Positions 13,122-24,960 of a stretch of DNA of 64,000 bases are shown here, in pieces (positions within the stretch are counted from its first letter, which is position 1; each line of letters starts with the position of its first letter). The stretch is from Lama guanicoe. Taxonomy: Eukaryota. The position numbers and the translations under genes were made by a program. The notes below the pieces were generated by a model, which made no database searches, had not been told where the DNA came from, and worked only from the letters and a program-made list of their open reading frames with translations. The DNA lies in NCBI GenBank assembly GCA_013239625.1, contig MU056262.1, positions 6,982,134 through 7,046,133 of the forward strand. Reading direction: 5' to 3'.

Positions 13122-13269
13122 CTTAACCAGCTCAAGAAGCATAATGTGGTGTTCCTCAAACTTATTTCAAAATAGAACCCTTTGTCCATAAGGCATTGGA
13201 AGGATTTGTTCTCTGTGGAACATACTTGGTGAAAGAAACACCATGTTTATAATGAGCCTAATAAAACAT

Positions 13270-13385
13270 CAATTTAAACATGGGCAGGTTTTTAATGAAG
13301 AGACTGAGACCTAGAGAGGTTAAGTAATTGACCCACAAGTCCACAGTGCAGTTGAAGTTCTTTGCCTTTGAGTCCTCGGTTCTCC
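13270..13385 (-). mobile_element. MIR fragment
   Basis: atgaagagactgagacctagagaggttaagtaattgacccacaagtccacag. Confidence 0.75.
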
Positions 13386-13769
13386 CATGTCAGTCTGTGC
13401 CACTGTGCAGAGAATACCCACCACTGTGTGCCGGGCTCACTGGTGAGTCTGCCTCCTCTGTCACTTTGTCTCATTGTCTCACTGAAACATCAGTAATGAT
13501 CAGAGGGGTTGGAATGAAATCTGTCTTTCACCCACAAAGCTGAGGAACATGACTTCTCCAAGACTGCACAACCATGTGTCCAAGTGGAAGTTGGGCTGTT
13601 CCTCAGTTTGCATTCCTAATGAAAAGGAAAGTCTGCCTGTAACTCCATGCTACCTCTTCACCTTTTGAAAGGTCCCAGTTTCCCCAAAAGGTATAAAGAG
13701 TGTTTACCTGATAATGCAAAACATGCCCTGAAACTCTCTGCAAAGCAGGTGTTTCACATTGCCCCTTCA

Positions 13770-13990
13770 GCATCCACTCAACCAATATTCGAGTACCTGC
13801 TCTATGCCAGGTGCTGTGTTGGGCACAAGAGATGCAAAACAGAAATGGTGTCACTCGTGTGGAGTTTGATCTCTGGGAGGGGGAGAGACAAAGCACATAC
13901 AGTTACACATCCAGGCTCTGATGGTTGTGATATGTTCTGTCAGGAGGAAAACACAGTGGATGATTTCTGAGCAGCTCAGTTTCAGATGGG
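13770..13990 (-). mobile_element. L2 3' fragment
   Basis: catccactcaaccaatattcgagtacctgctctatgccaggtgctgtgttgggcac. Confidence 0.8.
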
Positions 13991-14642
13991 CCTCTCCGAG
14001 AAGCTCTGCTTCTCTGCCCCTCAGAAACAGGTGAATGCTGGATGTCATGCTCTGAAAGAGAAAGAGAATCCTCATTCATACTAACTTAGCCCTTTGGCTT
14101 TTTAGAAACTCACATTGCAATTGATTCTAGAGTGGAATTATTTCCTTTTCCCACTGAATAACTTGGCAGCTTCAAAGAGCCCTCCAGAAGGACCTGGCCT
14201 TACCACCAAGCAGATCTGATGCTGAACTGGCCCTCAGATAGATGGGAAGTGCTGTCTTGGAGGCAGATGCCAAGTGCTTTATGCATGTAATAGCCCTGTT
14301 CTTCATTATCCATTATTTATCAGCCTGGGGAGATTGGAGGAGAGAGAGCAAGACCCCTTAGCTTAATGTGAGGTCTTTATCTTTCAGCTTTTTGAGCTCA
14401 AACATGCCAAGAAAAGCTGTTGAACTGTTGTCAGCGAGCACACATATCATTGGCCAGCCAGCTCTCAACCTGAAATGCCCGGGTCCTCAGAAATGAAGCC
14501 ACATGAAAAGTCCATCCAGGTTCTTAGAGAGTTGGTGCTGGCAGGAAATTTCATAGTAGAGCCATAGGGAAGGGATGAGTGGTGGGGTTCAGGACAAACA
14601 CTTTTCCTTCGAATTATTCTAGCCCCCCCCCCCGCCATAAAA

Positions 14643-14830
14643 CAGCATCTCTAAACCCTGGCAACACATTGAGGCCATTTGGAGAGTTAAATGAAAATGC
14701 TGACACCTGAATCCCTCCCCTAGGGAGTGTGATTTCTGTGATCTGGTGAGAGGCCTCAGCATGGGGATTGGTCAGGGATTCCCAGGTGATCCCAACGTCC
14801 TGTCAGCACTGAGGCCCGCCTCTCTCCAGG
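14643..14830. mobile_element. MER5-type hAT-Charlie element
   Basis: aaccctggcaacacattgaggcc...ggtcagggattcccaggtgatcccaacg. Confidence 0.65.
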
Positions 14831-15624
14831 GGCGGCATACAAGTGATGAACGACTTAGGTGTGGGGCAGAGGTCAGATATTTTAGAACTGTGTGTCAGTC
14901 ACGTCTTGCCGGCCTTCACAAAAGATTAGTTTGGTCAGTCAACAGACAGATCTTATTTAATATGGGCAAGCCACCATTCTGACCATGTCATGTTTATCTG
15001 TATATATCTATATTTTATCTATATTTAAATCACAGAAATGGTAAGGTTTCCGAGGTTACTTACTTCACGGGTAGATGTTTTCACGTGTCTTGTCTAAGGA
15101 GGCAGGGCGGCTAAACCAGTGTCCGGAGGACATGATAAAGCTGCCACAGGTCTCACCTGGGTTTAGCTCTGCAGAAGGGAGCCATGGCCCGAGGGACACG
15201 GGAAGAGCAGAAGGACTTTGACCTGTGATGAACTATGGTGACCGCGAAGAAGGTGAGAAATCTCCAATGCAGAAAGTCACAAAACTTTTCACCAGAGATC
15301 TTTTTTATTCCCCCTTTCCTACCATGTGCCCCATACATTTGATGTTGGACAATTTTTCTTGCAAAATGAATGCATTTTCATGCCAAAACATTTCACCAGA
15401 AAAAGCCTTTGTCTGCTACGTGGAGATTCTCTTCAGCAGGATGGGACCACTGCTATGATTCCAACCCAAAGTGAAGAACCTCAGCTTTGAGTTTGACCTC
15501 TCACGGGTGTTCACTTGAGGGCGTATGTTCTGCCAAGCTTCTTGGAAAATGAAAAGTGGAGAATCGACTCATGGATCCATGCAGAGACCCCAGGGGATTT
15601 AGGCCCCCTAGAAAGAGAGAAGGG

Positions 15625-15790
15625 AGCCAACAGATATTAATCACCTGTAATGGGCCAGGCACTTTGCTGAAAGATAAGTATCACCATCCTCGTTGCGCAG
15701 GTCAGGAAATTCGGGCCGTGAGGTGTCAAGTTATTGACTCTCAGTCCCAAGGCCGTGACTGGAGCTGGGATTCAAATTGAGTCCTCCATC
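15625..15790 (-). mobile_element. MIR fragment
   Basis: gggccaggcactttgct...caggaaattcgggccgtgaggtgtcaag...ggagctgggattcaaa. Confidence 0.65.
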
Positions 15791-15989
15791 TCTCTGTGCC
15801 GTTTCCTCTACGCTGCGCCAATCCCTGTGGGATCTTCTGAATTTAGAGCTAGAGAGATTGCATCTTGGCCCCAAAGGAAGCCACTTCTATTGAGTAGGAG
15901 ATTTCCTCCATGTATCTCCCACAACGATAGGCTGAGCTAATAGGCCCGATTAGGAAGCTCCTCTGGCTTCGACCCTGGATGCATTAGAA

Positions 15990-16235
15990 TATGTTGATCA
16001 AGGGAGAAGCTCTGGCTTCAGGTAGTCTGGGATTTGACACAGCTCCATCCGTCACCAGTTGTGGTACCTTAGGCAATGCACGAACCCTCAGAGTCTGTTT
16101 CCATCATCTGTCAGGTGGGGGCAAAGATGGAACCCGTCACATAAGGATGTTGTGAGGCCTGAAAGAGAGAATCGTGTCAGAGACTTAGCACAGCAAGTGG
16201 TAAGTGCCCAACATATGTTAACAATTACCATTATC
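15990..16235 (+). mobile_element. MIR, near full length
   Basis: gtggtaccttaggcaatgcacgaaccctcagagtctgtttccatcatctgt...gtaagtgcccaacatatgtta. Confidence 0.8.
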
Positions 16236-17389
16236 ACCATCCCCGTCCTCCAGGGCCTGTATCACCACTTTGCCTTACACCCAGCAGGCAGGGAAACAAA
16301 TCGCTGACTGCCCCCTCTGAGCTCCCCTTGCTTCTAGAACTCAGCGCTGCATCCACTGCTGTTTCAGCTTCTGCATTCCGTCTAACTGTGTATCGATCCC
16401 ATCTCCTTGCATCCTCAACCTCCATTCATATGGAGGTAATGCAATTGCTTATTTCAGAATGGGAGGGAAGAAAACTGACTCCTTCTCTTTGAAGAATAGC
16501 TGAAAACCCCTCAATTTTATACTGTGTTAATCAGGCCTGAAAGAAGTGACAGAAAGCCAATAGCCAGGCTTGGAAATCTGCAAGAAAAACACCCCGGGAA
16601 GGCTCATTGGTTTCTCGTGCATAAGTGAGAGGCAAGTGGGTTCTGGAGAGCCCCAGTCACTGTGGCTTTGATCTCTGCCCAAGTAAGTGAGGTGGATGGA
16701 GATGGGACTCCACCCCATTGTTGGAGAGGACAGCTAGCTCATAACCTCACGTGACTGCAGCCCGTGCCCTGGAGTGGCTTCCCTAGAGCATGCCTACACA
16801 CATCCACGTCCCCTCCTGGCACCTCAGCATTGCAGTGCATCTCAAAGCGCCATGGTGGCTCCATTCTGATTAAGACACTGGAAGAACAAGTCAAGGTCAC
16901 AGACATCTACTCTCTTAATTACAGCTTCTGTATAGTAGCAATACCTTCACTGCCCATTCTGTGTATAAAACACATCCCTATGTATTGTGTCATTAGTAGA
17001 AACAGCAGTGCTGGGAGGGAGGTGTCTTTACTCATGTAACTGTCACCCAGTTATTTTTATTTGATTTTATTTGATTATAGCATAGGAATAATAATCCCTA
17101 TTTCACAGGACTGTTGTAAGGATCAAATGGGGACATTTGTCATAGATAGTAGCTATTAAATTGTATGTCCATCGAATCTGTACCCAAGGAAACAACCTTC
17201 AATTGAAATGTCACACTCCAAATAGTGGCAAAATCCAGACTTGAATCCAGGTCTTCAGAATTCTGCTTTTCTGAGCAGAGGTCGGAACCCCAGCTGAGAT
17301 TTCTCAGAGCTAATTTGTATGTTGTTTTTACAAGGCAGCAGGGACATGAGGAAAAGAGATTGCTTACAGAATGTCACAGGGCAGTAACA

Positions 17390-17605
17390 GTCTCAGGAGT
17401 CAGCATGTCCAGGTTTGAATCAGGCTTCATTTGGCACTACCTGTGTGATCTTGGACAACTGAGTTTTATCTGAGCTTCTATTTCTACATGTTTAAAGTGT
17501 CACAGGAATATTTGCCTTGCAGGATTTTGCAAGGGTGAACTGTGACAGTATGTGTAAAGATACACTTTGCATTTCGCACATGTAGAACAACAGTGGGTCC
17601 AACTC
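17390..17605 (+). mobile_element. MIR fragment
   Basis: ggtttgaatcaggc...ctacctgtgtgatcttggacaactgag...tctgagcttc. Confidence 0.7.
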
Positions 17606-18229
17606 AAAATGTTGGGAGAAGTAATGGGAAATGTTAAGTAGGGGAACGTGGAAATGTACAGGTGTGACCGACCCTCAGAAAGGAAGAGATAACCCGGAGT
17701 CATGTTGCTCAGTACAACCAAGTCCAGGTCTTCTTGAGTCCTGTCCTCAACTAGAGTCGACAGTGAACATCAGAAAGGAGGCAGGTTGCTTCCTGGTTGA
17801 CCTGGGTTGCAAAGCTACAGGGCAAGTCCTTTGGTGATCTGACTCTTGGAGGCAAATGCAGTCTTAGTGCTGTGGGAAGAATTCTGAGCCCCAGTTTCAT
17901 CATCTGTAAGAGAAGGGCAATCTCCATAGCTGTTGCAAGGGCTGAAGGAGGTAACCCATGTAGAAAAGACCAAGCCTGTCTCAGTGTTCGTCTGGCATGT
18001 GTCAGTAAACATGTATCTTTACCTTCTCTGGCAGGGCCTCTGCTTACTGCAGACAGGTCTGCAACAGACTCTGCTCAGGGAGTGCTTGTCCTAGATGGGA
18101 GACTGACCTGACTGTGTGTTCATGATGAGGTCGGCACAAGGGGCTGTGGAAGCACAAAGGGGGAGAGCCCTTCCCCAGGAACCATGCATAGTGTAAGGTC
18201 AGAGCTCATTTGAAAAGTACTTAAGAATA

Positions 18230-18430
18230 GAAAGCTTGTACTGGACCCAGGGTTGATTCCAAGCACTGTCTGTCATTCAATAACCCTGGGGCCTTGGCCA
18301 ACTCACTTTGTCTGAATATCTGTTTCCTTATCTCTAAAAGTGGGTTTATTCTAAGTTACTTGAAGGGCTATTGGGAGGAGTAAAGGAGATACAGTATTCA
18401 GAGAGTGGCCAGCACACTAGAACAGTAGAG
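18230..18430 (+). mobile_element. MIR fragment
   Basis: ggccttggccaactcactttgtctgaatatctgtttccttatctctaaaagtggg. Confidence 0.65.
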
Positions 18431-19064
18431 ATTTGCTAGCTATGTGTTAATGTTAATATACATTGGTGTCTCCAGATAAAATGCACTATTTTGGAAGCTA
18501 TTAAATTTCCTATCAATGGGGCTATTTAAGCAGAGACTAGAGTTGAGTCATAGAGAAGATCCTCAATGATATTTCCCCATCCATTTAGACCCTGTACAAC
18601 CTATGAATCATTGATTTTACCTGGGAAACACTGGTTCCAGACTCCCAGGAGGAATAGTTCTCAGGGCTGTATGCAAGGCCTGGTGAGATTAGCAGAGAGT
18701 AGAGAGGGGAGATCTGCTGAGGACAAGAATCTTGTGAATGGCTGTAATCCCATAGAGAAAAATCACATGTGCATTAAAGAGCATATTCCTAACACTCACA
18801 GGTATGGATTGGGAAATATAATTTAGAATCAGTAGTTTGAAGCTGGAACAAACCTTCGAGCAAACACAGGAGACTGGATAGGAGGAACGGGGAGACCACT
18901 TAGCATATGACCGCAGTCCAGTTGAGGCGTGATGGTGGCCAAGAGTGTGGTGGAAAAAGTAAAAACAATGTGAATGGATTATTGTTAAGGTAAAAATAAG
19001 TAATTGGAAAATTCATATTCTAAAGAGCCCAGCATGTACATTAGATATAAAAATCGTATAGCCT

Positions 19065-19260
19065 CATTGTCTAGAGTCAGCCAGGACTTGGGTCCCTCTC
19101 TGTCCTTTATTAGGTATGTAGCCTTGGGTGAGTCATTGTATCTCCTTAAGCCTCAGGTTCCTCATTTTAGAAATGGAATTAACAATGATACTTACGTCCT
19201 GGAGGCTGTTGGGAGCCTTAGGAACTACCCCAAGCAAATTATTTAACAATCGTAAACATC
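19065..19260 (+). mobile_element. MIR fragment
   Basis: gtagccttgggtgagtcattgtatctccttaagcctcaggttcctcattttagaaatggaatt. Confidence 0.8.
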
Positions 19261-19289
19261 ATTTATAATCCTGATTAGACCTAATAGAC

Positions 19290-19480
19290 CTAATATAGTA
19301 TATGTACATGTATTTTTCATTTATATATCTATATAATTAACGTTATATTACTACATATAATTAATATATACTAAATATAGTATATATTTTTTAGTATTAT
19401 GTTATACTCAGCATACCTAATATAAATATGCTTAACATACTATCATTAGATATAAGACATCACGAATATAATAATTATTA
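19290..19480. repeat. AT-rich low-complexity tract
   Basis: Degenerate (TA)n-derived sequence. Confidence 0.8.
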
Positions 19481-21599
19481 GTTTTGTTTCTAATGAAGTT
19501 TGAATCGCGAAAGATTTGACGTTATCCCTCATTAACCAGACAGTACATCTAGTTGGAACCTCTAGTCCCAGAAACCAAAACGTAAGGGCAAAAGGAATCT
19601 CCTGAGGCATCCAGAAGTGGGGATAAAGACATGTACCCGTGATTCATTAGATGCCAAAGAGAATTGGGTTATGATCTGGAGGAAAGAGAGAGGGCAGTTG
19701 GTGTGGCGTTTAGATTCCAGAAATCAAATAATAATTTGAATCCTATTAACAATGGAAGGTAAAGGCATTTTCCCTGGTAACCTCTAGTACCCTGTGGTGG
19801 CAGTGGGGGTGCAGAGAACCCCGTTATCTAGCTTCAGGGCCTTGCACAGAGCAAGCTCATTTGGGCCACAGGAAGTCCTTGAGCCATTTCAGGGAGTTCA
19901 AGGCTGCTCACCCAGGGGGATGGCATCTGTGGAGCCTTTGCAGGCTCTCACCACGCATCCGTTCTTACGGTTAAACGTATTTAATTGGCCCTTCTCAACT
20001 TCTGCATTCACTTTCCCTTAATGTTCAGAGAAACTCCTGCATATTTCAAAGAATCATACATAAAGTCTGGCTGAACCTTCCTGCTTGATAGATAGTAACA
20101 TTTTCCTGAACCTTCACAGTTTGCAAAGCCCTTGACATACAGAACATCTCAATTTTGCCCTGTATGGATTCTGGGTGGCAGATATTATCAAGCAAGAAGG
20201 TGGGGGGGAGCTTGGATGTTTCTGACGTGTGCCCCAGGTCCAGCGCCACCACTTTCAAGGTGTGTGCCCTCAGGTGAATTAACTCACCTCCCCCTTGGCC
20301 CAGCTTCAGTATCACTAGCCTAGGCCCTGGGTGTCTAATGGAGAATGAGGCAGACATGGCTTCTCCCCACATGAAGCTCACAGCCTCATGAAGGCAAATG
20401 AGCTGTAAGTAAGTGAACAAATGCATATGTATGTACCTATAAATTGTCCAGGTACTACAGAGATAGTAAACAGATTGTTATGATTGGGTGTAAAGGAGAA
20501 AGGATCTGTTCTGTTATATACAGAAAAATAAATATATATTTTAAGTTTAAAGAACAGAAGAGCAGACAAAACAATCCCCGTCAAGTAGTTGTCCAACCCC
20601 TGGCTGGGTCTGATCCTTCTCTCCCCCACCCGACCTCGCTGCCTAGAGGGCGATATTAAGACCGGTACTTGAAGAAGGGAACGAAGCCTGCCATGGAGTG
20701 CTGGATGATCCTGGCTGGCTGGCAGGCCTGGGGGAGGCGGCCTTCCATGCGATAAAATAGGACAGCCTCTAGCACCCCTCCTGCTGGAGAAATGGGGGCT
20801 TACGTCTGGAATTTATTTTATAGCTGATTCAGCTGAGACTCAGTTGACTGAGAAAATTGTCCAGGCTTAGTAGCTCATAGAGGGGGTGGGAAAAGGGTTC
20901 CAAGCCAGTTCTTTTAAAACCAAATCCTACCTTCTTGCCACTAGAGCCGGTTGCCTGGGAATATGTCACACAGATTGACAAAGGCAGACTTGCAAAGCAC
21001 AGGGGCTGGAGGACTGCGACCCCACCCCAGCTTCGTTGTTCAACAGCCGGCTCCCAGGGGTTACCATTCCGCAGGGCGGCTCACCTTTTTGGAGCAGATA
21101 CAACCCTCCCTCCCTCCCTTTTAAAATGAAGTCTTCTTTTTATTTCTGCTCTTTGACTCTTTCAACCTAAATTGCATTTGACTTGACTAAGTCCAGGCTG
21201 CCCTGAAGGCCTCTGAGCTGGGTTTGGTTTGGGGTCTACGCAGTTCTGTGGGAAAGGATAGTCCTCCAGTGCAGACTGAACAGGTCTCCAGGGTGCTGGG
21301 CCAGGGGGTCGTGGGAATATGATGGGGGCAGGGAGCAGCTCCTTAGCAAGTGTCCGGCTGCTGAGCGCGATGCTGACTTCACCAGAAAGGAGTTGCTGCT
21401 AGCGTGAAATATGTGTCTGTGATTTCACGAAGGCACCATAAACCAAACAACACCCAGCGGTGTTATGGAGTCCCGTTAAATTTATAACCTGCTCTCTGTG
21501 GAGGGGTCCACCAGGTCAGGATGCAGGAAGGGAAACAGTGGGGGGGGGTGTATGTGTGTGTGTCTTTTCTGAGAGGGGAGTTACAACAAGGCATGGCAA

Positions 21600-22146
21600 A
21601 ACCGTGAGAAACATAAGGAATCAGAGGGACAGGCAGGGGGAGAGATAAAAAGAAAACTATACCATGAGCAAAGGACAAAAGGGGAAAAGAAAGAGACTGA
21701 AAAAGGAAAATGTCTGAAACAAAGACAGAAATAGAAACACAGAAAGAGAAATATCTAGAGACCAAGTGAGACATCGGAGAGATGCAGACAGAGAGAGCAT
21801 GGATAGATGGGAGGGAATTCCCAAAAAGGACAGTTAAAAAGAAACAGAGAAAGAATGGAGAAAATAAAACAGGAGAAAAGAAGGCCAGGCAACTTCCCAG
21901 AGAGAGAGAAAACAGAGACAGAGACAGAGAAACAAAGTAACAGAGAAACAAAATTACAGTTAGAAATACAGAGACCAAGGCAGAGACAAAGAGGCTGGGA
22001 TGGAAGGAAAGAAGAGAGGCAGGCAGAGGCAGAGAGGGAGAGAGGGAGACAGTAAGAGAGGGAGATAGGGAGATAAGAACCGAAGAGTCAGAGATGCAGA
22101 GAATCAGGCAGATGGAAGGAGAGAGAGAGAGACACATACAGAGAGA
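21600..22146 (+). repeat. GA-rich polypurine low-complexity tract
   Basis: About 550 bp dominated by GA/GACA/GAAA units on the + strand. Confidence 0.9.
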
Positions 22147-22814
22147 CCCCAGGTCACCCCCGCAGTGACTGGGGAACCTGATGTCAGCAGCTGCTCTGGG
22201 TGGGCAGCCGCTGAGAGCCCGAGTCACTCCTCGGACTAGGAATGGTCCGACGTGGGTTTGCAGTAACAGGATTCATTTAATGAAAAATCTCCAACTCATA
22301 AATGGTATCTGCTAAAAGGGCCTCTTTTACTTTCTTGGAAATGGAAGTGGGAGTTACTTAATATTGCTTTTCTGAGAAGCAGGTATATATGTCAAAAAAA
22401 GTGGCCCTTTCTATTCTCTAAAAGAAAACCCCAAACATTTCCAGCCTCAGATGGTGTTTTTTATTACAACTTGCTACTCTCTGAGTGGACGTGTTCCGAA
22501 TGTCAGCAGTAATCCTTTCCCCATTAGATTTTTGGATAACACTTACCGCGAGGGAAATACAATTTCTTGGTCTGTGAATTGTTTATGTCCTCATCAAAAT
22601 ATATCTTTAATGACACCCTGGGAGATGATTTTCAAAAGAACTTTCCAGTTTGCAGAGTTTAAAAAAATCCCCTTCTAAACTTTCCACAGTTGGTAGAGGG
22701 GCAAAATGACACTGAATTTGGAGTATTTAGCTACAGAATTTGTGCTGTGTTTAATACTTGCAATGATATTGACTGTTTATTGAATTCTGGTGCTGGCTTT
22801 GGTGATTTACAGAA

Positions 22815-23140
22815 AGTATCCAATTTAATTCTTCTCATAGCCCTGCAGAGGGTATTATCCCCACTTCACAGATAAGGAGACTGAGGTTCAGAAAGGTTAA
22901 ATAACTTGCTTGAGGCTGTGTTATGAATAAGAATGACATCCCTAATTTATGCAGTACATTATATGTGGCACACAGTGTGCATGAGCTTATTCCCTGTATC
23001 ATCTCATGCACATTTCATAAGAGCCCTTTGTGAGAGCTCTGAGACTCAGAGGATGAAGGTAAATTTCCCCAAGGCCTGTTAGCAAATAAGTAGCAGATCT
23101 GGAACTCAAACCACATCTCACTCCAAAGCCTGTGCCCTCA
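22815..23140 (-). mobile_element. Two consecutive MIR fragments
   Basis: attatccccacttcacagataaggagactgaggttcagaaaggttaaataacttgc, then ctctgagactcagaggatgaaggtaaatttccccaagg. Confidence 0.8.
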
Positions 23141-23470
23141 GTCAGGATGGATGATCTCTCTTTGCTCTTGCCAGACATCTCAACATCTCTCAAGCTTTGA
23201 TTGAGCTCAAGGAAAGCAAGGGCTGCCTTTTAGCCGCTAGTATGTGGCCCCACAATGCGCGTTCCATGAGAGCAAGGACTGGTGTTTCCAGTACCGGTGT
23301 GGATGCCTGGCATTTTGTAGAGGATCAGTACATAGGTGCCTGATCAATGAGACTTGGAACCCAGCACCTCTCACGCTTGGCACGTGGTCAGTGCTTCTTG
23401 CTTGTCAGCCCACCATCCCTCAGCAGAATTTCTCTGCTCTAAAGCTCAGTGGTCCTCAATGTGCTGACAT

Positions 23471-23473
<3 letters not shown>

Positions 23474-23502
<29 letters not shown>
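23474..23502. repeat. (AC)14 microsatellite
   Basis: Read directly from the sequence. Confidence 0.97.
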
Positions 23503-23503
<1 letters not shown>

Positions 23504-24519
23504 TTTTTACTGATTTAGGAAAAAGAAGAATTTCAAAGTCCAGCACATTTGCTCTAAAGATTACGGTCAAGTGCCTTTCTGGAATGATGGTCGAGATAGG
23601 GTGTCCTCAGAAAACCCTCACTTAGGAAAGGCTTGATTTGAATAAAGTGGCCCTGTGCGCCATCCTCAACCACTCCTTCAGCCTGCTCAGACTTCAGCAT
23701 CATTTTTAAGCTGCAGGTTGAAAGAAAGGACTTTGATTCATGTTCACAGCTACACAAAGGAGGCAGGGACACAACTGTTGGTTTTGTTAGAAGACTGTTC
23801 TGATCAAGCCCGACTTACACCCCGACCTTGTCCTGACTTTAATTTGTAGGGCAAAAGTGAATCTAATTTAATTACGTGGGGGCTTTTGCAAACTGGTACC
23901 TAAGAGCTTTACAATGAATTTCGGTTCATATTAAATAAGGACACTGAGCCTATAGGCTCTAGGAACAAAGAGAGTGTGACAAAGTAAACTCCGAGCCAGG
24001 GCTGCTTTCTCAGTGGGTCTCTGCTTCTATTTCTACCCTAGCTGGATGCCAGGTATAAATGTCTCTATTTATGAAAAAGCGTAAGTTCAGCAAGGGACAG
24101 AGTTATTGATTAATATTTCCACATAACAGTGGTTCTTGGATGTATGCCTTCTGGATAAGAGGCCTCTACAGGCAGTCCACTATCGCGCTCTCCTCCAGCT
24201 GTTTCAGCCACAACGATTAATAGCAAACCAGCCAAGGACTTGGCCTGACCCAGCCAGGAGTTGCCATTGACTCTTCCCCAGTCATATGTTGCCCCGTATG
24301 GAAGGTCTTGAGTTGTTCCCCCTTTTTACCTAAGTTTCCTTGGGCACCACCCCTTTCTCTCATTTCCCACCACCCTGGCCCTATCTCATCTTCAGGGAAA
24401 ACCGACACAGCCTCCTAACTGGTCACATGTACTTAGAGCCTCCAGTCCCGGGTCAGTGGGGAAGTGGATCCTTCCAGAACCCGAGGTTACATCCTCCAGT
24501 GTGATGAGTTGATGGTAAC

Positions 24520-24960
24520 TACCAGTTAATAGCATTTACTCTGTGCCAGGCCCTTTACCCAGTCCACTGCATGTATTACCTCATTTAATAATTATGAGAC
24601 TCTGGGGAAGGTGCTTTCTTTATCTTGATTTTACAGATGAGAGAATTAAGCCTTGGAGAGGGTGAATAAGTTGCCTAACATCAATGAGTTAGTACTTGGT
24701 AGCAGTAAGATGCAACCTGGTAGGTATCCGATGCACTTGACCATTCTCCTCTTCAGCCTCGCCAAACCCTTGAGTTAAATCAGCCTGGTCTGGAAGCCAA
24801 GCTCTAAAAGGTACTGACTTTATGACTAGTGCAAGCAATATCAGTTCTTGAGCCTCAGTTTCCTCATTTATTAAATGGGCATCATAGTATTTATTTGGAG
24901 GATTATTTGACAGGCTTAGATGAGTTTATGGCTGTAAAACCCATAGCACTGGGTCATTCA
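24520..24960. mobile_element. Oppositely oriented MIR pair (- at ~24520-24730, + at ~24775-24960)
   Basis: attttacagatgagagaattaagccttggagagggtgaataagttgcc and cttgagcctcagtttcctcatttattaaatggg. Confidence 0.75.

Larger units (their letters stand above)
12545..13230. mobile_element. hAT-Charlie-type fragment split by nested LTR16-like and L2 pieces
   Basis: The left piece (ctactgggttaag...cactgcaggatttctca) and right piece (ttcctcaaacttattt...agaaccc...ggaacatacttgg) resemble consecutive parts of one Charlie-family element. Confidence 0.45.

Noticed and set aside
21463-22227. 254-aa Ser/Leu/Phe-rich, membrane-protein-like ORF
   Set aside because: It is the antisense reading of the GA-rich tract, which lacks stop codons for compositional reasons.
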